Below are positions 28,228 through 42,818 of a stretch of 64,000 nt of DNA, in pieces. Positions within the stretch are counted from its first letter, which is position 1; every line of letters starts with the position of its first letter. Made by a program: the position numbers and the translations under genes. The DNA comes from Octopus vulgaris (lineage: Eukaryota). The stretch covers positions 1,798,001 through 1,862,000 of the forward strand of contig OX597836.1 in NCBI GenBank assembly GCA_951406725.2, read 5' to 3'. The notes below the pieces were generated by a model. The model made no database searches and was not told where the DNA came from. It saw nothing but the letters and a program-made list of their open reading frames with translations.

Positions 28228-28290
<63 letters not shown>

Positions 28291-28765
28291 GCATATATGT
28301 ATATACACTCACACATATATATATATATAAGTACTCACACGCACACGCACGCTCGCTCGCAAATATACACACCCGCGCACGTACACCCCCCCTCACCCCA
28401 AGATATACATATTTCCGATATACCGTGTATCCATCGCAACGTATAATGTTGAAACGTATCGCATAGCTACGAAGAGTCTTAATACAAAGTAGATATCAAA
28501 ATGAAGTTGAATAAAGACTGGAAGAAGGAGAAGAAGAAAAAAAATTGAATTCTCATTCAACTGGATGAATGAGAATACATTGGTAAGAATAATTCTAGTG
28601 AGAGATATATATATATACAATAATACAATACATCATGGGTTTCGAATTCAATAGACTCTTCGTGTTTTATCATATCCGTATTTCTCTAAATCTTCTGGGA
28701 TCCTCATACGCACACACACATATACACATATGTCTATACATGTATAACCATATTTCCATATATAC

Positions 28766-28802
<37 letters not shown>

Positions 28803-28803
<1 letters not shown>

Positions 28804-29022
28804 TCTTTTATTATTGTATTCTTTTTATTTGTTTCAGTTATTTGACTGCGGCCATGCTGGAGCATCACCTTTAGTCGAAGAGATCCGACACAAGGACTTA
28901 TTCTTTGTAAGCTTAGTGCTTATACTATACGTTTTTTTTTTCTTCCGAAAAGCTAGGTTACGGGGCCGTAAACACACCATCATCGGTTGTGAAGCGATAG
29001 TAAAATCACAAACACACAAATA

Positions 29023-29053
<31 letters not shown>

Positions 29054-29218
29054 GCGACACGCTTCATTCAATTTCCTTCTGTCAAATGCACTCACGAAGG
29101 TTTGGTCGGCCCGAGGCTATATTGGAAGACACTTGCCGAAGGTTCCATGCAGTGGGACTGAACCCGGAACCATGTGGCTTGCAAGCAAGCTATTCACCAC
29201 ACAGACACTACTACACCT
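28803..29218 (-). mobile_element. SINE family B, full length
   Basis: Reversed tail tttgactgcggccatgctggagc, internal (TA)n, ggtcggcccgaggctatattggaagacacttgcc, head gcagtgggactgaacccggaaccatgtgg. Confidence 0.9.
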
Positions 29219-29250
29219 CTATATATATTTATGCATATATATACATATAT

Positions 29251-29307
<57 letters not shown>

Positions 29308-29317
29308 TAAACAAATG

Positions 29318-29357
<40 letters not shown>

Positions 29358-29570
29358 TACATATATATGTTTATATATATAAAATATATATATATATATG
29401 ATGCCTCTCTCTCTCTCTCTCTCTCTGTCTACCTATCTACCTATCTGTGTGTATATATATATGTATATATAGAAAGAGAGAGAGAGAGATAAAGAGTGAG
29501 ATTTATGATCACAGTCATACATATACTAGATAAAGTATCAACCTGCAGAGATAAAGACAATCCTTTTATA

Positions 29571-29765
29571 TTGATTTCAATCTTGCTACAAAGCCATCAA
29601 TCTCTAGAGAGGGTTTAAGCCTATTACGTCCACTCCACCGTTCCCTAGGTAGTTTTATTTTCTACTCCGAAAGAGATTAACGGCAAAAATTGACCGCTAA
29701 AGATTCTGAACTCATAACGTACCGAAGAATGGGATGTCCCCAGGCATTTCCCCTGGCGTGCTAAC
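29571..29765 (-). mobile_element. SINE family A, degenerate
   Basis: actccgaaagagattaacggcaaaaattgacc...tgaactcataacgta...gcatttcccctggcgtgctaac. Confidence 0.65.
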
Positions 29766-30344
29766 TATACTACACATTTGACAAAACAATAAATCATTTC
29801 AGCTCGGGATATCCTGTTCCGATCCCAAACGAATACAAAAATCGCCAAGATAGGGTAGGACACTATCTAAATATGTAGACGATGTAAAATCAGAACTACT
29901 GCTTCCTTGTATAAACATCATCGTGAGCCGGTCGTTGTAGTCCTGCGGGATTTTCCAGATACATAAACATTATGAATTTGATGACAGCGTCTTCAGAAAA
30001 TTTACTCTTATGACGTAGATACAACAACTTGTGGCGCTAATTCGTCAGAAACACCTCATTGCTTAGTGCACAGAAATTTGAGCTATTTGCATAAAAGTTA
30101 TTGCCATCATGGCATACGTATCGCATTTTCTCTAGTTTCAAACCTATTATAGATCTCATCATTTCCCTTTAAATCCGTTATCTCATGGAGTCCCGTTGTG
30201 ACACAATGCAAAGCATTTAGGAAGATAGGAATTTTGTACACAGAGGAAAAAGCAAATTTGCAAATTGGAATTAGTTTGACAATTGATAAGAAATTTCTAA
30301 TTTGACTCACAGCTTTTGTGTGCATCATGAAAAAGTATATAATC

Positions 30345-30860
<516 letters not shown>

Positions 30861-32535
30861 AATGAGTTGTCAAGCGATACATTTTGAAGACGAAATAAAC
30901 CATTCATAATTTTGTGTCGTTATCGGTTCTACAAGTCGACTGTCTTGATTTTGAAAGCCAGTGACTTAATAACGTCAATTTTTACACATTCCTGGATATG
31001 CGCGTCTCTTCGAGTGCGCAGGAATGTGTGTACGTGAATGTGAATGTACACACATATATACGTGTTAATGTGTTAATATATATATATATATATATGTACA
31101 TTTGCATGTGATTGTGTCTGTGTTTCTGAATGCATAGATATCACCCATACACGTATATCTATATATGAATTCCTGTTTGGTATACATAACTTCCTGCTAT
31201 GAAAACATTACAAATGTGTCTCGTACATTTGAATATATATTTCAAATTACATCGATTCTAGAATTATAATAGAATATTATATGAAGGGATGTGACGCCGG
31301 AAAGTGATCAGTGCGTACATATTATAAGAGATATGCATATACACATATATATATATATTTCATCTAGACATAATTTTGCTTTCCGCACAGTTATATATAC
31401 AGAAATTGTATTCACACACATACTTCGGTTATCCGTGGACTTGAAAAGAAATTCTTTTCGTTACTTACGTCGATGGAAATCGGAACAGCAACCTAAAGTG
31501 AATCGAGTCAAAATGTTGTGACTTCATAAAAATATAAATAAAATAAATAAATAACTAAATAATATAAATGTGAAGAAAATGACTCATACTGAGTGCAAAA
31601 CATAAATAATTGTCTGAAAAACTTCGTTTTAATAATGTTAAAATTGATGGGGGTTTACAGAGCAGCACAAATACAACAGGAAGGTATTTCCGTAAAAAGC
31701 TTAACGAAGTACTCAATAGATTACGACGTATATCAAACTGCGTTGAATCTAAAATTATTTTATATAGATAAAAACATGATATACTTAAAGAGTTCTATCA
31801 CAACAAATAAAAATAGAAATTCTTTTTTTATTTTTCTTACCAGAAAAGGAATGTTTCCGTTAAGTGTGTAAAAACATATTTAAGCAGATGCGTCTCTGAA
31901 AAAATTCTTCCGCTTCAGTTTCTGGCTTCATTCTTAACTGTATCAAAATTAATATAAAGCGTTGTAATTTTTACATGTATTTCTTCCATTTCTATACACA
32001 ATAAACCCACCCCTCTCTCCCTCTCCCTCTCTCTCTCTCACTCTCTCTTTCGCTTCATCTTTTTCTCTCTCAATTTCTCTTTCTTACTCCTTATCTCTTT
32101 ACCTTTGTCTTTCTCTCTCGTCCCTCTTTTCTTCCCCTCTTTCTCTATGTGATTTTCTCTGTATAGAAATTTGGTCGTGGAAGCAACAGTGATGTTACCA
32201 TCACGTCTGATACCGTCTTAGTGACGCCAACGTGACGTATATCAGCTCTTAGTTACTATTTAAGATCTTGGTAGAACTGAACTCCATGTTTCAGGTCTGA
32301 AAACAGCTGATTTATTGAAATGGAATCCAATTGATGTTATATTTACCGATCCCAAAAGAACGGTAAAGAAAGTTTTATGGAGACGTGATACGAACTCGGA
32401 ATGACACGGGATCGAACACATTTCGTTAGATTTTGTGATGGAGTAATAGTTCTTTTATCTAACATATATACACAGATAAGCAAAAATATAAAGCTATATG
32501 CGTACAGAAATACACCTGCGTATAACAATGCACAT

Positions 32536-32577
<42 letters not shown>

Positions 32578-32652
32578 GCATGTGTGCATGTAAGCATATA
32601 TATATATATATAGATAGATAGATATAGATATAGATATATATGTATGCATGTA

Positions 32653-32683
<31 letters not shown>

Positions 32684-32684
32684 T

Positions 32685-33056
32685 GTAAGTAGCTTGCTTA
32701 TCAAGCACATGGTTGCGAGTTCAGCCCCACCGCAGGTCACCTTCGGCAAGTGTCTTCTACAATAGCCTGGGACCGACCAAAGCATTGCGAGTGGATTGGG
32801 TAGAGGAAACTGAAAGAAGCCCGTCGAACATATATGTATATGCATATATATATACATGTATGTGTGCGTGTATATGTTTGTGTCTCTGTGTTTGTCCCAC
32901 CACCATCGCTTGACAACCGAGGTTTGTGTATTGACGTCCCCGTAACTTAGCGGCTCGGCAAAAGAACCGATAGAATAAGTATAAGTAGTAGGTTTACAAA
33001 GAATATGTCATGGGGGTCGATTTCTTCGACTAAAGGCAGTCAAATAACAGAAACAA
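32685..33056 (+). mobile_element. SINE family B, near full length
   Basis: gtaagtagcttgctta...ggcaagtgtcttctacaatagcc...gaaactgaaagaagcccgtcg...catcgcttgacaaccga...ggggtcgatttcttcgactaaaggc. Confidence 0.9.
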
Positions 33057-33071
33057 TATATATGTATGTAA

Positions 33072-33109
<38 letters not shown>

Positions 33110-33122
33110 ACATAGTATAGAA

Positions 33123-33158
33123 GAAATGACCGGTTTCGCGTTCAGCTTTTCAAATTTC
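33123..33158 (-). ncRNA. Minimal type-I hammerhead-ribozyme-like motif (U3-A8 core variant)
   Basis: Minus strand GAAAU-UUGAAAA-GCugaacGC-GAAACCGGUC-AUUUC: 5-bp stem I, 2-bp stem II, palindromic ACCGGU stem III, GUC triplet. Confidence 0.55.
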
Positions 33159-33175
33159 ACATACCAACTTTCTTA

Positions 33176-33208
<33 letters not shown>

Positions 33209-33219
33209 GTGTATATGGA

Positions 33220-33435
33220 TAAAATTCACAGAATCAACAAAAGAGGAAGACAGGTGGTGTAGACAACAAACAGATGTATCAATTTAACGGTCATGAAATG
33301 AGAAATTCTTTAACGTTTCGAGCCGACGCTCTTCGACAGAAAGTAACTAAGAAAGAAACAAGGCGAGTAAATAAAGACTGTGTAGTGGCTACCGATCTAT
33401 CATGGCGAATGCCGGGCAGAGGGGTCACACAGGAG
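33220..33435 (-). mobile_element. Penelope-like terminal repeat with hammerhead-like motif
   Basis: Minus strand CUUU-CUGUCGAA-GAGCgucgGCUC-GAAACGUU-AAAG at about 33308-33343; second copy at 9800-9935. Confidence 0.6.
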
Positions 33436-35271
33436 GGCTAGAAAGAAGGAGACACGTTTTTGGGTCAACGAAAGTCAGGTGTTGATGACTGAATTTCTGA
33501 TGAACTATTTATAACAGCATCTAGTCGCATGTGTGTGTGTGTGTGTGTGTGTGGTGTATTAATTTTTAAGTGGTACAATGAATGCTTCGTTGAACTCGTG
33601 ATCTGTTGCCAGAAGAGTTCCGGTGTTTGAGGACATGTCCTTTTTCTAGGCGTGACAAAACTGATTCTTTTCATTTCTTCATGAGGGCGTGGATATAACA
33701 GGAAATGACAGCGAGTTGGTTGCTGTACGGAGATATATGAGGAAATTGTTGTCAATCGAATGTGTTTATGGACGGAATGAATCAATGAGAGAGTTTCTTT
33801 GGTGTGGAGATGCAGCATCAGTGAGAAGCAGAGGATGAAATAGTTAAGGAGAGCTGAATTATTGCATAGCTAATATATGGAGGCGGGTTTCCTCTTGTTG
33901 ATGTCAGTGACCGCTCTCAGTAAATTATAAGTAGGATTATTTACATATACACAAACGGATGTTAATTATATCGTGTACGTATCAACATGCGATTGGGCGA
34001 AACCTGGAGAAAATTTGTTCTGAAAGGCAAGTCATTTAGGAACAAAGAATAAACCCGTTTCTTGTCGTTTTATTTCGGAAAATAGCCGAAAGTCTTTTTG
34101 AATTGAACGTATATTGTAATGGTAGAATAACTGGCTCAGAATGAGAGAGCACCTGTGTGTGTATATTTCTTTGTGTTTGCATGAGACAGTGTGCAGGTAT
34201 TTGCCGGTGTATTTGTGTGTATTTGTGTGTATGTGTGTGTGTGCTTATGAGAATGTGTGTTTCGGTGAGAATATGTGTGTGTGTTTGTGTGTTTGTGTGT
34301 ACGTATGCATGTGCATGTTACCAACTATAAATTTCATCTCCCTATCATCGTCGATCTCTCAATGAAAATATTCCTGTTCCTATCGTGATGCGCGGGAAGA
34401 AAAGGTTTCCCATTCGAAGTAGTTTTCCACTCCAAATCGGTCGGATTCTGTGTTTGTTTCATCATTTGGAGCTTACGTTCGAATTCTGGTCGGGTTTATG
34501 TAAATATCATTTACCCATCGAACCCCACCCAGAAAACAGGGGCAGGAAGAAAAAAGAACCTGAAATATATATTTACATCCCCATTTAGTAAAATATCACA
34601 TGTACAAATTTCATATATTTTTCTTACAAACCTATGGAGAACATAAAAAAAATAATATTCTTATATGATAAAGAGAATATAACCTTTATTTGAAAGGTTA
34701 CTAAAAGTCACAAGAGAAAAAAAAATTGAATAAATACAATAAACAGAACAAATGTTCATTTTTCTTTTCGAGGGGACGTAGAGCACAGTTCGACCGCGGC
34801 TGATTAGTGAGTCTTAAGAGACAAAGAATAGCTCAGAGTTTCACGGGAAAAGGGAAAAAAAAAACCTAAGGTCTGTTATGATATTCCAACTGCTGCTCGA
34901 TCGAAGATATAAATATTGCCTTATTGCATATAAATAATGAAACGCGTTCTACCTTGAACAAGATGGATTCATAGGGTATTTCATCCCGGTCTGAATTCCT
35001 CCTTCGTTACGTCTCAGAGCAGGGGTCTGAAATATTGGGGGGTTTTAATAAACGCTATTTGTCATTTTTAATACTGAAAAGGAAGTCTTGTACATATACG
35101 GTAGTTTTCATTCATATATGTGTGTGTGTGTGTGTGTTTTCATGCACACATAAACACACGCGCGCGCACACACACATATGTATAGTTCTAGAAATTCACA
35201 CACTCTCACACACATCTACATGTATGCATACAACATATATGAGCCCGTTCAACCGTCAGTATATCTACAAC

Positions 35272-35302
<31 letters not shown>

Positions 35303-35355
35303 GTGTGTGTATGTATGTATATATAAACGCGCGCACACACACAATCTCACACCTA

Positions 35356-35440
<85 letters not shown>

Positions 35441-35568
35441 GTATATTCACACATACACACATCCATATATCAGCACGTGTATTTTATGCCTCTGTATTGT
35501 CTGCAATGTATGAATCTGCCTTTGTTTATGTATGATTGATTTTCTGTTTGTTTGTGTGTGTGTGTGTT

Positions 35569-35609
<41 letters not shown>

Positions 35610-36781
35610 TATGTAAAGACGCAAGCTTATTGTTGCACCATTCATACACATCTTTTGTGAATATGCATTTCCATTGCTTCAAAATAACTGTTTAGGGTTT
35701 GTGCACACGTATGCACCTTCCTAATAGATAAAATCCGCGCGCGCGCACGCACACGTACACACACACACAAATGTACACCTCTGTCTATATATGTGTGTGT
35801 GTGTGTGTGTGTGTGCATCAGATAATCGCCTCATCCACGTTTATGCATTGTCGTTGCTTCATCATAACTCTGTATGGTTTATTAGCATATTTTTCACTTC
35901 ACTGCTTAGCAATATATCCATGGTAACGCTTATGGTTTTCTGGCGTGAGTTAACTGTTTCACCACGAACACAATTTCATAAATGGCCGCCCCACAGCGCG
36001 CTCGAATCACGCGCGCATAAAACAGTTATTCACACGCGTATACAGACTCTCACACAAAACGCGCATACATACATGCACGCACAAACGCACACACATATAT
36101 AATCATACATACAATCACATTTATATTCTCATTGCACGTATTGGAGCAATCATACACACACTCAGAGAAATATACGTTCGTAGCACTCTACATGTCATAC
36201 TCACACAGCAACACATAGGACCATATAGAATCATACCCGTATTCCTATAAATGTGTGTTGTTGTATGTATGATTATGTTTCTAAATGTGTGTTTATGTGT
36301 GCTGAGTGCTGAGTCCGTTTTTCTATGAATATTTATATACAAACACAAACACTATATTATTTGTGTCACAGAAGCTCTTGTGCGAAATACGGTCGGTTAG
36401 AATGACTTCAAAATTTTAATTCTACTTAATTTACGTTCGTTGGAACGAGGTGGGCAAATTTAATATTAGGAGTATTTGAACTCAGAACGTAAAATGTGAG
36501 AGCGTGCAGTGCAAGTGACCCACGGATCTGGGTAACCCACCACCTTTATAGTAAATGCAACGACAAATTCTTTATGATTTGCACCAGAAAATAGTACTTT
36601 AATAAAAACGGGTTGACGTGTTCTAAAATATATTTGGGGCATAAAGAACGATTGAAATAATATGAATACTGATGATAGAAAGAATCTGAGTTGTGACATA
36701 AAATTAAAAAAAATATGGGGGGGAAGAATTAAATATACTTAAAGTAATTGTAAAAATTCAGGATGTTTCTATTTAAGCAAA

Positions 36782-36937
36782 CGTAGTTGGGTGGTTAGTA
36801 GTTTGCTTCTGAAATATCGCTTGGGATTCAGTCCCTCTTCGTGGCACTTTAGTCAGGTGTCTTCTTTTATAGACCAAGGCTTATCAAATCTTTGTGAGTG
36901 AATCTGGTAGACGGCAACTGAAAGAAGCCTTGTCCTT

Positions 36938-37028
<91 letters not shown>

Positions 37029-37282
37029 GTGTGTGTGCTTCTGTGTTTGTCATCTCCACTGTATAACGGCCGGTATTGGTATGTTTAAGTGACCGTTACT
37101 TAGCGTTTCGGTAACTGAACCGATAGAATGGATACCAGGCCTAAAAACTCAGTAATGGGGTTGATTCGTTTGACTAGAAATTCCTCAAAGTGGTGCTTCA
37201 TCATGGCAGCATTCTTACTGAATCAAATGGTGCTCCATCATGGCAGCATTCTTACTGAATCAAATTAAAGTTAAAAGATATA
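36782..37282 (+). mobile_element. SINE family B, full length, with 37-bp internal tandem duplication
   Basis: Head, CORE-like segment, (TA)n(TG)n and tail present; 37191-37227 is repeated at 37228-37264. Confidence 0.85.
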
Positions 37283-38394
37283 AAACTAAAGTTATAATTT
37301 AATAAAACCGGAAATTCCAGTCGGCTGACCAATTGTCAGGTGAGTAAGAACTCATGAATGATCGTTGATTCAAAGCACTTCTCGAAGAACTTAATGATTC
37401 CTGAGACCTTGATCAGCCGAAAAATAACAATGAATCTCATTTTATTTGAATACGATATAAATCATTGAAAATTCTTTATGGGAACCAGTTTTAGGTTGTT
37501 ACAATCCAGGGATTTCCAATAACTTTCTATCATTTCAGGCTGTTTTAGGTTCAGCGCATGATACGCAATAATCTCACAGGTTGTCGTCATAATATTTGCA
37601 CTTGAGAATTCTCAGCTCCGATCAAAGGTTCGCATCCCTTAGTAAGAAGATCGCAAACGTTAAGTCATCGAATGGAGTTTGTGGAATTTGGGGAGACAAT
37701 GTGTGGCGAATGGTGTATTTTAAACATCATTTCGTTGCCTTTGTAGTTTTTCTTTATAGTTTTTAGTTTCTGTAGAGGTTTCTGCGTTTTGGTTCTGTTA
37801 TATTTCATTATGATTGCAGTCCACCGAGTTTAACCAAGCCACACGATATTTCTGGTCAGTTCAGTATTCACCAACGGTCCAGAGGCTGCCGCAAAAGCGA
37901 AGACGTATTCGCTACCTAAACAAAGAACATTTACAGACAGAAGTGATCTGAAAGAAAATATGAGATGCGTACCGGAGTGAAAAGAGGAGTAACACAAAAC
38001 GGCAAAATCAACAAATACGACCTGAAATTTGCATTGAACAATTTAGCTTGCAATACTTTATCACCCTCAATAAATAATATTTATTTATTGAGAGTGATAG
38101 ATAGGTAATAAATAAATAAATAAATAAATTGCCATGTTTCTTAATTTTTTTCTATCACAAATCAGCTGAATAACCGAGTTGGGTCTAAGAAGCTAGAGGA
38201 GAAACATTCAGGGTTGGATATATAAATTTTACAAGTATCAGTAATGGGGAATTGCAATCAAGCTGGGGAAACTACTTGAGGGGTTGCAGGCGAACGAATA
38301 GAACATCAGTAACTAACTGTAACGCCAAGTTCTCCTATCAATGTATTAGGCTGAAGCGTATACATATGTGTATACATAGATATATAAACATTGA

Positions 38395-38627
<233 letters not shown>

Positions 38628-39193
38628 GGACATGCATGCATATGTGTATTTATATGAGCATATATATATATTTATAAATACATAAGCACGTGGTGTGTGT
38701 GTGTGTGTGTGTATGCATGAAATAGCCTAATATGTTGAAGAGGCCAACCTCATTGCTGAATGTAGCAGAAACAGCAACAAACTCTATTGTTTTAATGATT
38801 GAAAAGAATCAGAGGGTAAGATAATCATCAATAGACCAGTAAAGGAGGAATGGTCACGCTGGAACGTCTTTGATGTCGGGTTCGTTTATTGAGAGAATAC
38901 CTGAATCTAAAACACATCAATAGCAACGGCTAAATTTAGGTATATGAGTCACGCAATCAAATCTATGAGTCACTCAGTGCACATCCATGAGAGTTACTCA
39001 GTTAAACGATGATTCATGTTTGCTCGTTAAAACGAAGTTTTGTTCAGGTGAAGTCATTGAGTTATTAAAGTAAAGACTCTGTAGCAGACAGACATTGAGA
39101 GAGGTCGATCTATCGATCGATATATATATATATATATATATATACGTATATATGTTATTAAGCACACACACATATACATATATATATATGTAG

Positions 39194-39231
<38 letters not shown>

Positions 39232-39253
39232 AGAGAGAGAGTTAGATAGAATG

Positions 39254-39287
<34 letters not shown>

Positions 39288-39334
39288 GTATATATATGTA
39301 TATATATAATTTTTAAATTTTTTTTTTTTTTTTT

Positions 39335-39388
<54 letters not shown>

Positions 39389-39828
39389 TGTGTATATATA
39401 TACATACATAGTATATATGGATATATATGGATATATATATATATATGTGCACACACATATATATATACATGTATATACATATTTGCATATATACGTATAT
39501 ACATATATATATGAAATATATAACATGTATATATATGTATATATATATATACATACATACATACATATATGTAGATGTAGATGTGTGTCTGTGTGTGTGC
39601 GTGTGGGCACATGTACACATGCGCACGTTGAAGACATGAATGAGGATCAATCAGAGAGTTCGATTTCGATTCGACACAGAGCATTAAAAGCATGCAGCGT
39701 GATAACTTGTTGAGATATGCAGCATGGTGTATCTGTTGGCATGGTAACCTGTTGAATTATTGCTTCCGCCTCGATACCCCCGGCTGCACTCGCACGCTCA
39801 TACGCATGTATGTAGGCATAGACATGCT

Positions 39829-39860
<32 letters not shown>

Positions 39861-39910
39861 TGGAGGGAGAGAGACAGATATAGATGTGTGTGCATGTGAG
39901 TATCTGTCAA

Positions 39911-39992
<82 letters not shown>

Positions 39993-40369
39993 ATATATAT
40001 CGTATAGTAGAGTAAATACATAACTATATTGTCGATCAAATGCGCAAATCGATGTATATAGTCACATATTCACAAATGCACAAATACAGAGAGATGCACA
40101 CAAATACACACACATTCATAGGGAATTGATAAAGATAGAAGTGTGCTCCAGAGACAAGGAACTCTGTAACAAATTTCTAAGGGAGGTCGGTTAATTCTGC
40201 ACGAATATCTTCGTTGTAATCAGCCTTTATATTATTTGTAACTGGTATCTGCCTTTCAGTATTCCGCCATAATTCTAAATAACACAACGAAATCACACGC
40301 CAATGCACACATGGTCTCACTCACACATGCACACAGCGTCATACACACAGAGACACACAACGAAAATCG

Positions 40370-40635
40370 CAAAGGTGAGGACGGGCGAAAGGTGAAAAGA
40401 GAAAACAAGTCTCTAAACCGAAAAAACCTGAAGATCGAGGAGCATTGTTTGCTGAGTTTGTCGTTTATGTAGGGTTTTCTGTTTAATTTGTTGCTGACGA
40501 TTACTCCAGAGTCTCTCACGATTTTTGATGCCACGAGGTGTTTCCCCGTGGGAAAAGTTATGGAAGCTTTAGAGCAGCATCTTTACAGAAGTGGATCAGA
40601 TGCATATTGTCTTTTACCGACCACTGGAAATATGC
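40370..40635 (-). mobile_element. CR1/L2-type LINE ORF2 fragment (C-terminal part of RT)
   Basis: Translates AYFQWSVKDNMHLIHFCKDAALKLP*..KIVRDSGVIVSNKL...IFRFFRFRD...LFSPFARPHL, resembling W...N.M.L, RDLGV and RPHLEY motifs. Confidence 0.8.
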
Positions 40636-41020
40636 TATTAAGCACACACACATATACATATATATATATGTAGATTGAGAGAGAGAGAGAGAGAGAGTGA
40701 GAGAGAGATGAAGAGAGAGAGGGGGAGAGAGACAGTTAGATAGAATGCTACGTTGGTAGGTGAAGCGGATAGATTGCTGGGTATACACGGTTCTGTTTGT
40801 ACATGTCTTTGTGTGTGTGTGTGTGTATATATATGTATATATATAGATATATATATATATATATACATATATACATATATGTATATATATATACATATGT
40901 ATATATGGATATATATGTATATACATATATATACACACACATATAGATACATGTATATACATATTTGCATATATACGTATATACATATATATATGAAATA
41001 TATAATATGCATATATATGC

Positions 41021-41845
41021 AAGCAGATTTCATTGAATTTTGACCCGATCTCTTGTCCTCTCCATGACTTTCAGAAGCTCAGAGTCATCCGCGAAAGCTC
41101 TACTGCTGTTGTGTTTGCTGACGTCCATAACATCATTGATGTTAATAATGAAAAGGAGTGGGACCAATACGATGCTTTGTAGGACTCCACTGGTGAGTCT
41201 TGATCGAACAGCATCACCACATGATGAATTCTGTTCCGAAAACGTTCAATCCACTTTAACAGTTTCCCTCGGACTCCGGTATTAGATAGTTTCTTTAGTA
41301 GGATGTTCTGATCAACCTTATCAAATGCCTTCCAGATGTCAAGATATGTGACATCTGCAATGAATCCCTCTCTCAGAACTTTTATAACGTCATCACATTG
41401 ATGCAGGAGTTGTTACGAAGTTCCTGCCATTTTCGAAACCATACGGATCGGGTACCACTAAGCTATTAGATTCCAGAAAGTGAGTTCCTCGAGAGATCTC
41501 ACCAGTAATTTGATGAAATGAGATAGGTGACATCGGCCGGTATTTTATTTTCAGCGATTTGTTTCCCTTTTTTAAAACTGGGACCATCGACTGTGATAGG
41601 AAATCATCAGGAATATAGCCAGCGTCCATTGATTTCCTCTGGAGAATACCTGAAGCGAATGCCAGTTGATGTGGGCACACCTTCAGGGCTATAGCGGGAT
41701 ACCTGTCGGGGATACCTGCAATTGAGTTGTTTTTAATTTCGTTAATAACTGCAGTGATATCCGAGATGTCAAATAATGCAACGGAGAGGGTGTAAAAAGG
41801 GTTTGCTTCGCCGATGTTGTCAGGGTTCACCATGTTGAGATTGCT
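41021..41845 (-). mobile_element. CR1/L2-type LINE reverse transcriptase fragment (pseudogenised)
   Basis: ORF 41393-41833 has AGIPDRYPAIALKVC...VPVLKKGNKS...YRPMS; the continuation gives TYLDIWKAFDKVD, SGVLQSIVLVPLLFIININD and FADD, with frameshifts and stops. Confidence 0.92.
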
Positions 41846-41871
41846 TCAAATGGAGCGACAGCTTTGTAAAA

Positions 41872-42078
41872 GACGAGGGCTGGTAGAATCATCCGATAAA
41901 ATGGTTAGCATCATTAATTCCGGCTCTTTACTTTCTCACTTCAAGTGCCACCAATGTCAATTTTGTATTTCGTTTTTTCGGGGTCAGTAAATTACTTTCC
42001 CCTTGAGCAGTTTGAGCGATGTTAATCGACTTTTCCTTCATCTCGGTATTTCTGACCACGTGTCAAGATTAGGAAGGA
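41872..42078 (+). mobile_element. SINE family A adjoining or interrupting the LINE
   Basis: gagggctggtagaatc...ttttttcggggtcagtaaatta...gatgttaatcgactt; weakly LINE-like sequence (NRQLIIEEISRLQFK, minus strand) resumes at about 42085-42140. Confidence 0.7.
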
Positions 42079-42688
42079 TAATAATTGCAAGCCTTGAATT
42101 GCAATCTGGAAATTTCTTCAATAATCAATTGTCTATTTCTGTCCAGATTTTCATAACGTAATCATTCTTTTGCTTCTGTTAATAATTTTCTATCAAGTTT
42201 TGATTAATGTTGTGTGGTTTAGCGCGTTGCCATTGCAACAAATCAAGCGATCGGCAAATTGAAACGTTTAAGCCGAATCTGATGATTGCCGAGTCTTAAA
42301 TGTTCTGTCAGATAAAGGAGAGTCCTTGGAGAAAACGATTTGAGGACTTTGGTGATGTCATGGGTGGATGTGATGTCGGAGGGGTTACCTTGGATATGTT
42401 AATCATTCAAAGATGATTCGAGAGTCTAACAATGGCGCAAATGGATTGATTATCAGGGGGGATACGTTGAGTAGAAGCATCGTATAGAGGGAGCCACACT
42501 CTAACGATGTTGCTAACCACAACGAACTGTATTTGGAAACAAAAAGAATAATGCCTTCTTCTACAAACTTTCGGGAAAAGAAACCTGCTTTATATGTACA
42601 CGCACACATATAGATACGCATACAAATATACACACATGCATATATACATACATAAAAAACACAGATATGTAAATAATATATATGTATG

Positions 42689-42734
<46 letters not shown>

Positions 42735-42767
42735 TACATATATATATGTGTGTATATATATATGTAT

Positions 42768-42818
<51 letters not shown>

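Noticed and set aside
37338-37346. Strong splice donor CAG|GTGAGT
   Set aside because: No convincing upstream acceptor or coding frame; expected by chance in 64 kb.
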